From NCBI GenBank assembly GCA_038231275.1, contig JBBRLQ010000002.1:192001-256000 (forward strand): a stretch of DNA of 64,000 nt, written 5' to 3'. Shown piece by piece: positions 20,167 through 29,652 of the stretch. The notes below the pieces were generated by a model. The model was not told where the DNA came from and ran no database searches. It saw nothing but the letters and a program-made list of their open reading frames with translations. Positions within the stretch are counted from its first letter, which is position 1; every line of letters starts with the position of its first letter. Origin of the DNA: Polyangiales bacterium. Its GTDB lineage: Bacteria; Myxococcota_A; Polyangia; Polyangiales; Polyangiaceae. Position numbers and translations under genes: made by a program.

Positions 20167-20721
20167 ATGACCGCGACCACGACGCACCGAAAGAGCACGA
20201 CCCGCCACGCGCCCGAAGGCGCCAACGAAAGCGCCCACGAAGGCGCCGCGCTCACCCTCGACGGCCTCCTCGACCTTGGATGCGACGCCCTCCAGAAGCT
20301 GTACGAAGGCGCGCGTGTTCCGCGCATCCCGGACGTGCGCGGGGATCTGCGCGGTCGGATGCTCGCGTGGCCCGCGCTGAAGCCGCCGGTGAGCACCGCC
20401 ATCCGCGCGTTCGCCGGCTCGCGCGTCTTTCCGTGGCGCGGCAAGAGCTTCTCGCCGCAAGGTGAGGACCGCGGCGAAGGCATGAACCGCGTCGTCCGCG
20501 ATCGCTTCAAGCTGTACCGCTTCGAGACGTTCGTCGACCGCTCGCGCGCGGGCGACTTCGACTGCGTCCAGCTCGACTACGATCTCCCCGAGAACCCATT
20601 CTTCATCCGCCCGATCAAGGACGAGATCCGCGAGATCGCGCCGAAGCTCTACCTCGGGCAGGCCTACCTCCAGCTGAAGGAGAAGACGCACCTCGTCCTC
20701 TACTTCGCGCTCGCGGGATGA
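20167..20721 (+). CDS. Conserved hypothetical protein
   Basis: RBS GGAGG. PWRGKSF...LDYDLPEN...DEIREIAPKLYLG pattern. ATGA-coupled to the next gene. Confidence 0.7.
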   Translation: MTATTTHRKSTTRHAPEGANESAHEGAALTLDGLLDLGCDALQKLYEGARVPRIPDVRGDLRGRMLAWPALKPPVSTAIRAFAGSRVFPWRGKSFSPQGEDRGEGMNRVVRDRFKLYRFETFVDRSRAGDFDCVQLDYDLPENPFFIRPIKDEIREIAPKLYLGQAYLQLKEKTHLVLYFALAG

Positions 20722-21782
20722 AGGCGCTCGTCACCGGCGCCGCCGGCTTCATCGGCGCGCACGTGGTCAAGGAGCTCCTCGCGGCCGGACACGAGGTCCG
20801 GGCGCTCCATCTGCCGAACGACGACACGCGCAACCTCCGCGGCCTCGAGGTCGAGGCTGTCGCGGGCGACGTGACCGATCGAGAGAGCATGCGGCGCGCG
20901 GTGGCGGGACGAGACTGGGTCTTCCACCTCGCGGCGATCTACGCCTTGTGGACGCGCGATCCCGCGCGCATGCAGCGCGTCAACGTGGAGGGCACGCGCA
21001 TCGTGCTCGAGGAGGCGCGCCGTGCTGGAGTCGCGCGCGTCGTGCATACGAGCTCGATCGCGCGCTTCGGCGGGCAAGGGCCGGACAGGCGGGCGACCGA
21101 AGAGAGTCCCTTCGCGCTCGGCCCGACCGGCGACGCCTACTCGCAGAGCAAGGCGCGCGCGCACGAGGTGGCCGTGCAGGCCGCGGCGGACGGGCAGGAC
21201 GTGGTGATCGTGGCGCCGTGCGGTCCGATCGGGCCGGGCGACGTCGGGCCGACGCCCACCGGTCGCCTGCTCATCGCCGCGGTGACGATGCCGGCGTCAA
21301 TCGTGACGCGGACGTCGAGCAACTTCGCCCATGTCCGCGACATGGCGCGCGCGCACGTCGCCGCCGCCACGCGAGGAGAGCGCGGTGAGACGTACTTGCT
21401 CGGGAGCCGCGACGTGGAGCTGACCGAGCTCGCGCGCGTCGCGCAGCGCATCTGTGGCCTTCGCCGCCCCATCGTGCGGGCACCGTTTCGTATCGCCTCG
21501 GCTGCGGGGATCGCGGCGACGATGTGGGCGAACCGAACGGGCACCCCTCCCCTCCTCACGCGCGCGGCCGTCCGGATCGCGCGGCTGGGCCTCCGCGCAG
21601 ACTGCACCAAAGCAGAGCGGTGCCTCGGAATGGAGCACACGCCCATCGAGACCGCGATCCGCGACGCGCTCGTCTGGTTCGCGCGCGAGGGCTATTTTCA
21701 CGACGAAACGCTGGTCCGGCGCCTCCTTCGCGATGCACCTCACGCGCCGGCGAGCGCGGGACCGATCCCTGCATTAGGTTAA
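20718..21782 (+). CDS. NAD-dependent epimerase/dehydratase (HpnA/dihydroflavonol reductase-like)
   Basis: TGAAGFIG, FHLAA, HTSS, YSQSK, PIGPGDVGPTPTG. Confidence 0.88.
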   Translation: MKALVTGAAGFIGAHVVKELLAAGHEVRALHLPNDDTRNLRGLEVEAVAGDVTDRESMRRAVAGRDWVFHLAAIYALWTRDPARMQRVNVEGTRIVLEEARRAGVARVVHTSSIARFGGQGPDRRATEESPFALGPTGDAYSQSKARAHEVAVQAAADGQDVVIVAPCGPIGPGDVGPTPTGRLLIAAVTMPASIVTRTSSNFAHVRDMARAHVAAATRGERGETYLLGSRDVELTELARVAQRICGLRRPIVRAPFRIASAAGIAATMWANRTGTPPLLTRAAVRIARLGLRADCTKAERCLGMEHTPIETAIRDALVWFAREGYFHDETLVRRLLRDAPHAPASAGPIPALG

Positions 21783-21788
21783 CTCCCT

Positions 21789-22775
21789 GTGAACGACTCG
21801 CACGTGACACCGGTAGGGCTCAATCGCTCCACGTGCCTGCCGCACCAGTTCCGGGAGCTGCCGCTCGACGTCCTCGGCCTACACCACGCGTACGCGCGCG
21901 CCAAAGAGATGCACGCGATCCGGCCAGCCGCGCTCGGCGTCGCGGGCTACCGCATCTTCGTCGTCTTTCGCGAGAACGTCCGCGCGATCGATCTCCCCGC
22001 GTCGCCCGACGCATACATGATCCTCGGGCGTCACACCCACTGCGACGTGGTCCTCGACGTCGATCCGACGATCGCGCTGCGTCACCTCCTCGTGCGCGCC
22101 ATCGTTCAGCCGGACGGCACAGTCGGCGTGCGGATCCTGGATTTGCAGACGACGCTCGCGTTCCACGTCGACGACGGCGGGCCGTGCCGATCGATCTTCG
22201 CGATCGGACCGATCGCCGTGCGCCTCGGCCCCTACGCGATCGTCGCGCTGCCGCTCGACAAGGTGGGCCTCCCTCCCGCGCTGCCGAAGCCGACGCTGTC
22301 GCGCGCGACGTCGATGCAGCTCGCGGTGCAAGGCGGACCGTACCGCGCCGCCGCGGCGAAGGGGACCGGCGCGTTCCGCAGCTCGCACATCACGATCTTG
22401 CCGAGCGCGCCGTCGCTCGAAGATTTGCCGCTCGCGAACGCGCGCGCCGGCTACGGGCGCGTGACGCTCGACGGCACAGGGCGCATGGCGTCGATCGAGG
22501 TGCCGGAGGCGGAGCTCGACGCCGGCATCCTCCTCGGGCGGGCGCTGAAGTGCAAAGACGAGGGGCTGCGCTCGATGCTGGATCTCTCCATCTCGCGCGC
22601 GCACTTGCTCCTCTTGCGCGAAGACGGGCGCACCTGCGCGTTCGATCTCTCGAGCACACGCGGCACCTACGCGTACGGCGCGCGCGTGCGGCGCGTCCTC
22701 TTGCCGGACACTGGGGCGACCCTGTCCCTCGCAGACCCTCACGGGCTCAGGCTGCACTGGCACCGGCGCGTCTGA
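21789..22775 (+). CDS. FHA-domain protein (two FHA-like segments)
   Basis: LGRHTHCD...IALRH and LLGR...SISRAH...DLSSTRGT. Confidence 0.7.
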   Translation: MNDSHVTPVGLNRSTCLPHQFRELPLDVLGLHHAYARAKEMHAIRPAALGVAGYRIFVVFRENVRAIDLPASPDAYMILGRHTHCDVVLDVDPTIALRHLLVRAIVQPDGTVGVRILDLQTTLAFHVDDGGPCRSIFAIGPIAVRLGPYAIVALPLDKVGLPPALPKPTLSRATSMQLAVQGGPYRAAAAKGTGAFRSSHITILPSAPSLEDLPLANARAGYGRVTLDGTGRMASIEVPEAELDAGILLGRALKCKDEGLRSMLDLSISRAHLLLLREDGRTCAFDLSSTRGTYAYGARVRRVLLPDTGATLSLADPHGLRLHWHRRV

Positions 22776-22810
22776 GGCGACCATGTGTCGGCCTGAGGTA
22801 AGCTCGGGCC

Positions 22811-23299
22811 ATGACGAATCGGTTCCTCGCCGTCGCGTCGCTCTTCGCCTTCACCGCGCTCGCCTGCACGCCCGCCAAGAGCGCGCAGGCTCCGCCCGTC
22901 GAAGGCGACGTCGCGCGCGTGCTCGACGACTGGCACGACGCCGCCGCCCGCGCCGACGAAGAGCGCTACTTCGGGCACATGGCCGAAGCCGGCGTATTTC
23001 TCGGCACCGACATGACCGAGCGCTGGGACAAGACCGCCTTTCGCGCGTACGCGCACCCCCACTTCGCGAAGGGCAAGGCCTGGAGCTTTCGCGCCGTCGA
23101 GCGTCACGTGCGGTTCGACGCGGACGGCGGCGTCGCGTGGTTCGACGAGCGGCTCGACACGCCGAACCTCGGCCCCGCGCGCGGCAGCGGCGTCCTCGTG
23201 CGCGCGCCCGGCGGTCCGTGGCGCATCGCGCACTACGATCTCTCGGTACCGATCCCGAACGAGAAATTCGCCGACGTCAAAGCGCTCATCGCCAAGTAA
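22811..23299 (+). CDS. SnoaL/NTF2-like lipoprotein
   Basis: LDDWHDAAA...YF, FLGTD...ERW, AWFDERL, RGSGVL, HYDLS. Confidence 0.85.
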   Translation: MTNRFLAVASLFAFTALACTPAKSAQAPPVEGDVARVLDDWHDAAARADEERYFGHMAEAGVFLGTDMTERWDKTAFRAYAHPHFAKGKAWSFRAVERHVRFDADGGVAWFDERLDTPNLGPARGSGVLVRAPGGPWRIAHYDLSVPIPNEKFADVKALIAK

Positions 23300-23329
23300 C
23301 GATCGTCGCTACCGCTCCTCGGCATCGCC

Positions 23330-24697
23330 TCACTCTTCGAGCCGATAGAGCGCCCCGCCCCGCTGCCCGCCGGCGTAGAGGCGATCGTCCAGCACTGCGA
23401 GCGGCGCGACGCAGAAGATGTCGCCTATCTCGAATGGGCTTTTCTTGTCGTCGATCGTCGCGATGTCACGCGTCCGTCCGTCGTCGCCGAGCCGAAGGAG
23501 GCGGCGCTCGGTGAGGACCACGAGGCCGTCACGGTAGCGTGTGATGTCGGTCGGGCGGCCGGATCCTTCGGGCAGATCGACGACGCTCCACGTGTCGCCG
23601 TCCTCGGAAACGCGAAGGTGCACGCCGTCGCGGGCAGCGGCGATCCAGAACAAGCGTGGCGCGCGTCCGGGCGCAGCGTCCGCGTACCACCTCAGCGTCT
23701 GTGCGGTACCGACGACGCGCGCGGGGTGCGCGTCCTCACGCCGGATCGTCTGCACGTCGGCCGGCGGGGAGAACATGACGTAGTCGTTCGGCTCGCGCGC
23801 GTCGTAGTCCTGGATGCCCGCGTAGAGGCGGTCTTTGAAGCGCACCATGAACCCGAGCCGCCAGACGCCGTTCTGCCACGGGAAGGGATAGTCGGTCTCG
23901 TAGGTCCACCGCGTCAGCTCTTCGTTCGCGACGTGAAGGGCGCCGGGCGACGCGCCGTGCCATGCGCGCTCGGTCGGCGGCACCGATCCGGTCGACGCAT
24001 AGAAGCGCCCCCGAAATCGGATCGTGTCGAGCACGTGGTACGCGCGCGGCAAGACGCCGACGCCCTTCGGCGGGTGGTAGTGCGGCATCGTCGGTGACGT
24101 GAATTTGCCGTCGGTGTCGGAAACGAAGACGTATCCCTCGGTCCCCTTGTCCACGAGGCCGAAGCCTCCGTAGGGTGGATCGGCGTCGGGGACGACCAGA
24201 CGCCCGGCCGACGCGTGCACGCGCACGAAGCCTTGCCCTGCGCCGCCGCCGCCGGTCGGCTCGCCGGGCCGGTTCCAGTCGAACGCGACCGTGAAGGGCC
24301 GCGCCTCGTTCGCCGGATCGTAGCGCGTGATCGTCGCGCCATCGGTGCCGAGCGGCTGGTTCGCGTGCGCCGCGTAGAGCGCGCCCTTGAACGGCGTCAG
24401 ATCGCAAATGCGCGTGAGGGCGAGCGGCGGCCGTCCCACCTTCACGAAGCGCGCGGCCGTGGGGAGCGTGCCTCTTCCGACATCGACCGGATCGTCGTCG
24501 CCGTCGGGCTCGATCTTCACCGACGCCGCGTCTGCCTCGGCCGTCGCGGCGGCGACCGTTGCGGATGCGTCGTCGAACCCGGCGTCGTCGGGCGCGCGCG
24601 CGGCTCGGGGCGGTTCGCCCTGCGTCGCCTCCGCGCGCGGGGGAGCCGGCCCCCGGGCGCACGCCGCCAAAAAACACGAGACGACGCAGAGACGCAT
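23330..24697 (-). CDS. Hypothetical lipoprotein, probable beta-propeller
   Basis: FLAAC lipobox. Repeated F-K/R-G/D-x-LYA strands and an SEDGDTW Asp-box. Confidence 0.65.
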   Translation of the reverse strand: MRLCVVSCFLAACARGPAPPRAEATQGEPPRAARAPDDAGFDDASATVAAATAEADAASVKIEPDGDDDPVDVGRGTLPTAARFVKVGRPPLALTRICDLTPFKGALYAAHANQPLGTDGATITRYDPANEARPFTVAFDWNRPGEPTGGGGAGQGFVRVHASAGRLVVPDADPPYGGFGLVDKGTEGYVFVSDTDGKFTSPTMPHYHPPKGVGVLPRAYHVLDTIRFRGRFYASTGSVPPTERAWHGASPGALHVANEELTRWTYETDYPFPWQNGVWRLGFMVRFKDRLYAGIQDYDAREPNDYVMFSPPADVQTIRREDAHPARVVGTAQTLRWYADAAPGRAPRLFWIAAARDGVHLRVSEDGDTWSVVDLPEGSGRPTDITRYRDGLVVLTERRLLRLGDDGRTRDIATIDDKKSPFEIGDIFCVAPLAVLDDRLYAGGQRGGALYRLEE

Positions 24698-24750
24698 AAT
24701 CGACCTTGGACTTGCATCCGAGCTCGTCCTTGGGACGATAGGATCCTCAC

Positions 24751-25758
24751 ATGGGTGCATCACTTCGCCAGGCGCTCCTCGCCGCTCCGGTCTCCCTCCT
24801 CCTTCTTCTCGCGTGCAGCTCGAATAGTGACACGTTGGGCGGCGGATCTTCCGGCTCGAGCGGCACCACGTCCAGCTCGGGGAGCTCGGGAAGCTCGTCT
24901 GGCACCTCGGGCGCAAGCTCGGGAACGTCGGGTACCTCGGGCACGTCAGGCACCTCGGGAACGTCGGGTACCTCGGGAACGTCAGGCAGCTCCGGCACTT
25001 CGGGCACCTCAGGCGCCTCAGGCACCTCGGGCTCCTCCGGCGGCGGCGACGGCGGAACGATCGGCAAGCTCACCCCCGGCGACTCGACGCTCACGATCAA
25101 CGCTGCCAATACTGCGCGCTCGATCCTCCTGCACGTCCCCACGGCCGTCACGAAAGGCCCATTGCCGCTCGTCATCGCGCTCCATGGCAACGGCGATCAG
25201 AACACGAACTTCGTCGCGACCTCCGGCATCAAGGCGCTCGCGGACGTCGACGGCTTCGTCCTCGCCGCGCCGCAAGGCATCCCTCAAACGATCACGGTCG
25301 GCGGCCAAACGCTCTCGAACATCTCCTGGGACGCGTACCGCACCGTCGCCGGCGGCAACATCGATCTCCCGCTCCTCCAGGCGCTCCAGGCGCAGCTCGC
25401 CGGCACCGGATCGATCGATCTCAAGCACGTCATCGTCTACGGCTACTCGCAAGGGGGCTACATGTCCTTCCGCTACGGGATGGACGCCGCCGCGAGCCTC
25501 TCGTGCTCCGCGGTCCTCGCCGCCGCCGATCCGATGCCGGGCGCGGGCCTCGTCACCGGCGCCGCCCGAAAGATTCCGGTCGCGATCCAGATCGGCGATC
25601 AGGACTTCGGCATCAACGGCGCGAGGCAGACGAAGACCGAGCTCGAAGGAAACGGCAACCCCCTCTCGTACCTCGAGATCGCCGGGGCGGGGCACGTGCC
25701 CATCCCCGGCGATCCCAAGGCGCCGCTCGAGTGGTGCCGCACGCAGGCGCTGCCGTGA
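24751..25758 (+). CDS. Lipoprotein esterase (PHB depolymerase/LpqC-like alpha/beta hydrolase) with Ser-Gly-Thr linker
   Basis: LLLAC lipobox, PLVIALHG, GYSQGG, GDQD, AGH. Confidence 0.8.
   Translation: MGASLRQALLAAPVSLLLLLACSSNSDTLGGGSSGSSGTTSSSGSSGSSSGTSGASSGTSGTSGTSGTSGTSGTSGTSGSSGTSGTSGASGTSGSSGGGDGGTIGKLTPGDSTLTINAANTARSILLHVPTAVTKGPLPLVIALHGNGDQNTNFVATSGIKALADVDGFVLAAPQGIPQTITVGGQTLSNISWDAYRTVAGGNIDLPLLQALQAQLAGTGSIDLKHVIVYGYSQGGYMSFRYGMDAAASLSCSAVLAAADPMPGAGLVTGAARKIPVAIQIGDQDFGINGARQTKTELEGNGNPLSYLEIAGAGHVPIPGDPKAPLEWCRTQALP
24853..25040. repeat. 9-bp-period low-complexity repeat encoding (SGT/SGS)n linker
   Basis: Repeated tcgggcacc/tcgggaacg units. Confidence 0.8.
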
Positions 25759-25771
25759 CGCGCGAGTCGCG

Positions 25772-26698
25772 TCACTTGATCGCGTAGTCGAGCGTCATCG
25801 GCTTTCCATCGCGCGTGACGCGCACGTTGAAGCGATCTCCGTTGCGGATGCGCGCGTAGGCCTCGAGCGCCTTCTCGGGGCTCGAGATGTCGAGGCCGTT
25901 GATCGCTTCGAGTCGATCGTTGTTCGAGAGGCCGATCATCCCGAGGAGCGAGTCCGGCTTGATGCCCATGAGGCGGAGACCCGCGACACGCCCGTCCACC
26001 GTGTCGGGGGCCACGCGCGTCTGCGCCATCAGCTCGTGTTGCGACTCCAGGATCTTGTCGAGGGTCGCGCGATCGATGTCGTAGTCGGTCGGGCCGTTCT
26101 TGCGGATGCCCTTCGCGATCGCAGCGGGGACCGAGCTCTTCGTGGCGACCGTCGGCGTCGCCAGCTCCTTCGCCGACGTAGGCGGCGGCTTCGGCGGAAA
26201 GAGCGACGCCTGGCAGAGCGCCGGGCCGCGCTGCATCCACACGCGATCCCAGCCGACGAACGCGACCTTGCGATCCCCGACCTCCTCGCCGCGGCGGTGG
26301 AGCGCCCCCTTCGGGTCCGCGGTCGTGGTCAGTGCGGCGAACGACCACTCGGGATCCGAGGACGCCGCGATCGCGACGACGCGGAGGCCGTCGCACGGCG
26401 GAGCGTCGCGTAGGTCGGCAGAGCCCGTCGCGACTACGTCGGGTCCGTCACCGGCCGGAACGAGTGACGTATCGTGATCGAAGGGATTCCTCGCGAGGAT
26501 AGCGTCCGCCGACCGCGACGCCGGGGGGACCGGTGGCACGTCGCGGCCGTCGCCCGCACGCGAGGCCACCGCGAGCGCGTGCGCGTCGGGGGCGAGGCGC
26601 ATGCCGACGAGCGTGGTGATGGCGTGCGCGTCGAGCGCGGCGGCAGCGACGACGAGGACGGTCACAGCGACCCAGACGAGCTTCGGGGCGATTCGCAT
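25772..26698 (-). CDS. gspC: Type II secretion system protein C (PDZ-containing)
   Basis: N-terminal TM, ILARNPFD, C-terminal PDZ (GLRLMGIKPDSLLGMIGLSNNDRLEAING...SPEKALEAY). Confidence 0.85.
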   Translation of the reverse strand: MRIAPKLVWVAVTVLVVAAAALDAHAITTLVGMRLAPDAHALAVASRAGDGRDVPPVPPASRSADAILARNPFDHDTSLVPAGDGPDVVATGSADLRDAPPCDGLRVVAIAASSDPEWSFAALTTTADPKGALHRRGEEVGDRKVAFVGWDRVWMQRGPALCQASLFPPKPPPTSAKELATPTVATKSSVPAAIAKGIRKNGPTDYDIDRATLDKILESQHELMAQTRVAPDTVDGRVAGLRLMGIKPDSLLGMIGLSNNDRLEAINGLDISSPEKALEAYARIRNGDRFNVRVTRDGKPMTLDYAIK

Positions 26699-26711
26699 AC
26701 CTCGGAGGGAG

Positions 26712-26727
26712 AGCGAATCATGTGCCA
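26712..26727 (-). promoter_or_regulatory. sigma54 -24/-12 promoter motif for gspC
   Basis: Minus strand TGGCACATGATTCGCT. Confidence 0.65.
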
Positions 26728-26908
26728 CGCGCATTCCCGCAGGAGCACGCTCGCGTTCTTGCAACCCGCGCCAGCTTGTCGCGCTGGAGATGTGCTCCGC
26801 GCGCGTCCTTCGCCACTCTGTCAGCGGCCCCCCGAGCGAACGTCGTTTGCTCGAAAACGGGCAATCGACGGTAGCGACCCACCAGGGGAATTGTCTACGC
26901 TGCGCGGT

Positions 26909-27220
26909 GTGAAGAATGCTCTCGTCGCCTTCGCCGTCCTCGTCGGCGCTTGCCTCGCGGCCGCGTGCGCCGACACCTACTGCCAGTCGGGGCCGCAGCA
27001 CGGCACCTCCTGCTACTCGGGAGCGACGGTTCAGCAGAACGATCCGCTGCGCCCGGTGACGCCGAACCTGAACCCGCCCGGGCACGGCGGCGTGTCGTCG
27101 TGGCTGAAGCGCGATCCCCAAGACGCGGCGCCGCCGCAGATGTTCGGTCACCCGAAGGCGCAGGCAACGTCGTCGGCGTCGTCAGGTGCACCCGACGCGC
27201 TCGACGCCTCCGCAGAGTGA
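26909..27220 (+). CDS. Small hypothetical lipoprotein
   Basis: VKNALVAFAVLVGACLAAAC signal. TACGCT 7 nt upstream. Confidence 0.6.
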   Translation: MKNALVAFAVLVGACLAAACADTYCQSGPQHGTSCYSGATVQQNDPLRPVTPNLNPPGHGGVSSWLKRDPQDAAPPQMFGHPKAQATSSASSGAPDALDASAE

Positions 27221-27231
27221 CGACTCTCGAC

Positions 27232-27251
27232 GAGACACGCGCCCGTGTCTC
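27232..27251. other. Inverted repeat (terminator-like hairpin or activator site)
   Basis: GAGACACG-CGCC-CGTGTCTC between two genes. Confidence 0.45.
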
Positions 27252-27301
27252 ACGGTGGACGTGCCAGCGCGATCTCCCACAAATATCCCCGTATTTCGGG
27301 T

Positions 27302-27317
27302 CGGCATACGGGCTGCA
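27302..27317 (+). promoter_or_regulatory. sigma54 -24/-12 promoter motif
   Basis: CGGCATACGGGCTGCA, upstream of GGAGG and ATG 27348. Confidence 0.6.
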
Positions 27318-27347
27318 ATACCGATCGTCACCACGGAGGTTCCCACC

Positions 27348-27755
27348 ATGTCCCGTCGCTTCTGTCGCTTCTGGTCTCGTGCCGCCACCACCCTCTTCCT
27401 CTCTGCGCTCCCCATCACCGCGTTCGCCGACGATGGCGTGTCCGTCGTGCGAGGACAGTTCACGAACAAAGTGGAGGCGAGCAAGCCCGTCGGCGACGCG
27501 TCCACCATCGCCAGCGGTCAGGTCGCCACCTACTGGGTCGAGGTGAGCAACCCCAACGACGCGACGCAGATCACGCTGGTGTGGAAGCTCGATGGCGTCG
27601 AGTCCGGCAAGCAGACGCTCGACGTCGGGCGCGCGCCGCACTGGCGCACGTGGGGCTCGTGGCCGACCAAGAAGGCGCACGCCATCGAGGTGCAGGTGCT
27701 CGACAAGGACGGGCGCGAGCTCCAGAAGGAGACGCTCGCGCTCGAGAGCAAGTAG
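27348..27755 (+). CDS. Exported protein, DUF2914-like Ig-fold
   Basis: Signal peptide, ITLVWKLDG...LDVG...WRTW...VQVLDKDG. Confidence 0.7.
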   Translation: MSRRFCRFWSRAATTLFLSALPITAFADDGVSVVRGQFTNKVEASKPVGDASTIASGQVATYWVEVSNPNDATQITLVWKLDGVESGKQTLDVGRAPHWRTWGSWPTKKAHAIEVQVLDKDGRELQKETLALESK

Positions 27756-27763
27756 GAGCCGAC

Positions 27764-28756
27764 TCAGCGCGCGCGACGGCGGCGACGCATCACGCTTGCC
27801 ACTGCAATCCCGAGCGCCGCCCACGCGCCGCCGTTCACGGCGATGGAGGCGCTCGATGACACTGCGCAGCCGCCGCTCTTCGTCGGCGTGCCCGCCGTGT
27901 CCGCCACGCACGCCGAGCTGAGGCCGTTACGCGGCGCAGGCTCGCAGGTCCCGGCCGCCGTGAAGCCGTTCGCCGATACCGACGTGTCCACGGGCCTCGG
28001 CCCTGCTGCCGGATAGATCGCGCAGATGGCGGCGGCGTCGTCGGCCCCGAGCGCGCGGTGCTTCGACGAGCCGCCCTCGTCCTGGAAATACATGACCGCG
28101 GTCGCGTCGGGCGAGTGCGCGACGCCGAGGAAGTGGCCCCCCTCGTGCGTGAGGACGCTCTCGAGGTCGAAGACCCCGGTGCCGGGCGTGTCGGTGACGG
28201 TGATCTTGTGATCGGCGGTGTTTAGCTCGATGTCCGCGTCGAGGATCTCCCCGGTGTCGCGGTTGAAGCTGACCGTCGTGAGCGCCACCGTCGGCGACGC
28301 TTGGTTGAGGCGCTGCTGCTCGGCGGTCTTGTGCGGCCACGCGCTGTCGCGGAAGACGATGACGTTCTGGTTGCCCGTGTTCAGGTTGAACGACGCGGCC
28401 CCGCACGCCACCGGGCCGAGATCTTGTCCTTGCACCGACGGGGCGCCGGGGCACGTCGCGCTCGCCCACGCCGAGAACGCGCCGGAGGCCGCGGCCGTCG
28501 CCTGCGCGATCGTCGCGTAGCGGCTGCCGTCCTTCTGGAGGCTGTAGCCGACGCAGGTGCTCTTCCACCAGAGGGGCACGCTCTTGGCGGAGTCCGCTCC
28601 CATCACGCAGCTCGTGAGGTCGACGGGCGCGCACAGCGTCGCGCTCGGCGTGAAGTCGGACGGCGGCGCGCACGTGAACGTGCGGCAGAACGCCTGCGCC
28701 TCGGGCGCGAGGAGCATCACCACAGCGGCGTAAAGGAAGCCCGACGAGAAGCGCAC
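27764..28756 (-). CDS. Matrixin (M10) zinc metalloprotease with MYXO-CTERM-like tail
   Basis: HEGGHFLGVAHS, Met-turn AVMY, C-terminal SGGCAV + TM + RRRRR. Confidence 0.88.
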   Translation of the reverse strand: MRFSSGFLYAAVVMLLAPEAQAFCRTFTCAPPSDFTPSATLCAPVDLTSCVMGADSAKSVPLWWKSTCVGYSLQKDGSRYATIAQATAAASGAFSAWASATCPGAPSVQGQDLGPVACGAASFNLNTGNQNVIVFRDSAWPHKTAEQQRLNQASPTVALTTVSFNRDTGEILDADIELNTADHKITVTDTPGTGVFDLESVLTHEGGHFLGVAHSPDATAVMYFQDEGGSSKHRALGADDAAAICAIYPAAGPRPVDTSVSANGFTAAGTCEPAPRNGLSSACVADTAGTPTKSGGCAVSSSASIAVNGGAWAALGIAVASVMRRRRRAR

Positions 28757-28767
28757 GTCCGCTCAGT

Positions 28768-29631
28768 CTAGCGCTTCGACGTCGTCCCGCCCATGGCCCT
28801 TTCGAGCGAGCTGAAGCGCGCGAGGATCTCGGCGTTCATGTGGTCGAGCGCCTCGTGAAGTTGCGAGATTTCAAGCTCGGCGCGCAGGTTCACCTGGTAC
28901 TCGATGTCGTTCCGGACACGCTCGCGGGCGACTTGGCGGTTCTGGCTCAAGAGGACGAACACGCTGAGGATGATCGCCTCGAGCGACACCACCATCGTGA
29001 GCAGGCCGAACGGGAACGGGTCGAAGCCGCCGAAGGACGCGTGCGCGAGCGGCCCGACGTTGAGGATGATCCACACGAAGAAGATGCCGCAGTGCATGAA
29101 GAGGAACGGCAAGCTCCCCGAGAACTCGCTGATCCAATCGGCGACCTTCATCACCGTCGTGCGTCGATCTTCTTCTTCTTCGTTCACGTTGCGCGACGCG
29201 GTGCCCCGGAGGAGGCGCGCCGTCTCGCGCAGGCGCTTGCCCATGGCGGTCAGGAACATGTGGGCTGACTCGGGGCGCACCTTCAGGAGCTCGTCCAGAT
29301 CGCCGCGATCGACGACGACGGCCTCCACGTCGGTCACGACCTTGGCGGTCGCGGTGCGCGGTCCCATGTCGAGCAGCGAGATCTCCCCGAAAAAATCGCC
29401 GGCCTGCGCGCGCTCGAGCACCATCGTCTCGCCGGTGTCGTTCTTGACGGTGATCTCGACCTCGCCGCTGATGACGACGTACATCGACTCGCCGGGATCG
29501 CCGCGGTTGAAGAGGACCTTGCCGGCCTCGTGCTTCTCCACGTCGACCCGGTCGGCCAGGACCTGACGCGTGGCCGCGTCGAGCGGTTCGAAGAGCGGCA
29601 CGCCGGCGAGCATTTCTTCGATGGATGCCAT
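28768..29631 (-). CDS. Cyclic nucleotide-binding domain + DUF1003 membrane protein
   Basis: FFGEISLLD..PRTATA, FDPFPFGLL...SLEAI...SQNRQ. Confidence 0.9.
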   Translation of the reverse strand: MASIEEMLAGVPLFEPLDAATRQVLADRVDVEKHEAGKVLFNRGDPGESMYVVISGEVEITVKNDTGETMVLERAQAGDFFGEISLLDMGPRTATAKVVTDVEAVVVDRGDLDELLKVRPESAHMFLTAMGKRLRETARLLRGTASRNVNEEEEDRRTTVMKVADWISEFSGSLPFLFMHCGIFFVWIILNVGPLAHASFGGFDPFPFGLLTMVVSLEAIILSVFVLLSQNRQVARERVRNDIEYQVNLRAELEISQLHEALDHMNAEILARFSSLERAMGGTTSKR

Positions 29632-29652
29632 CGCTGCGGTTCTATCACCATT

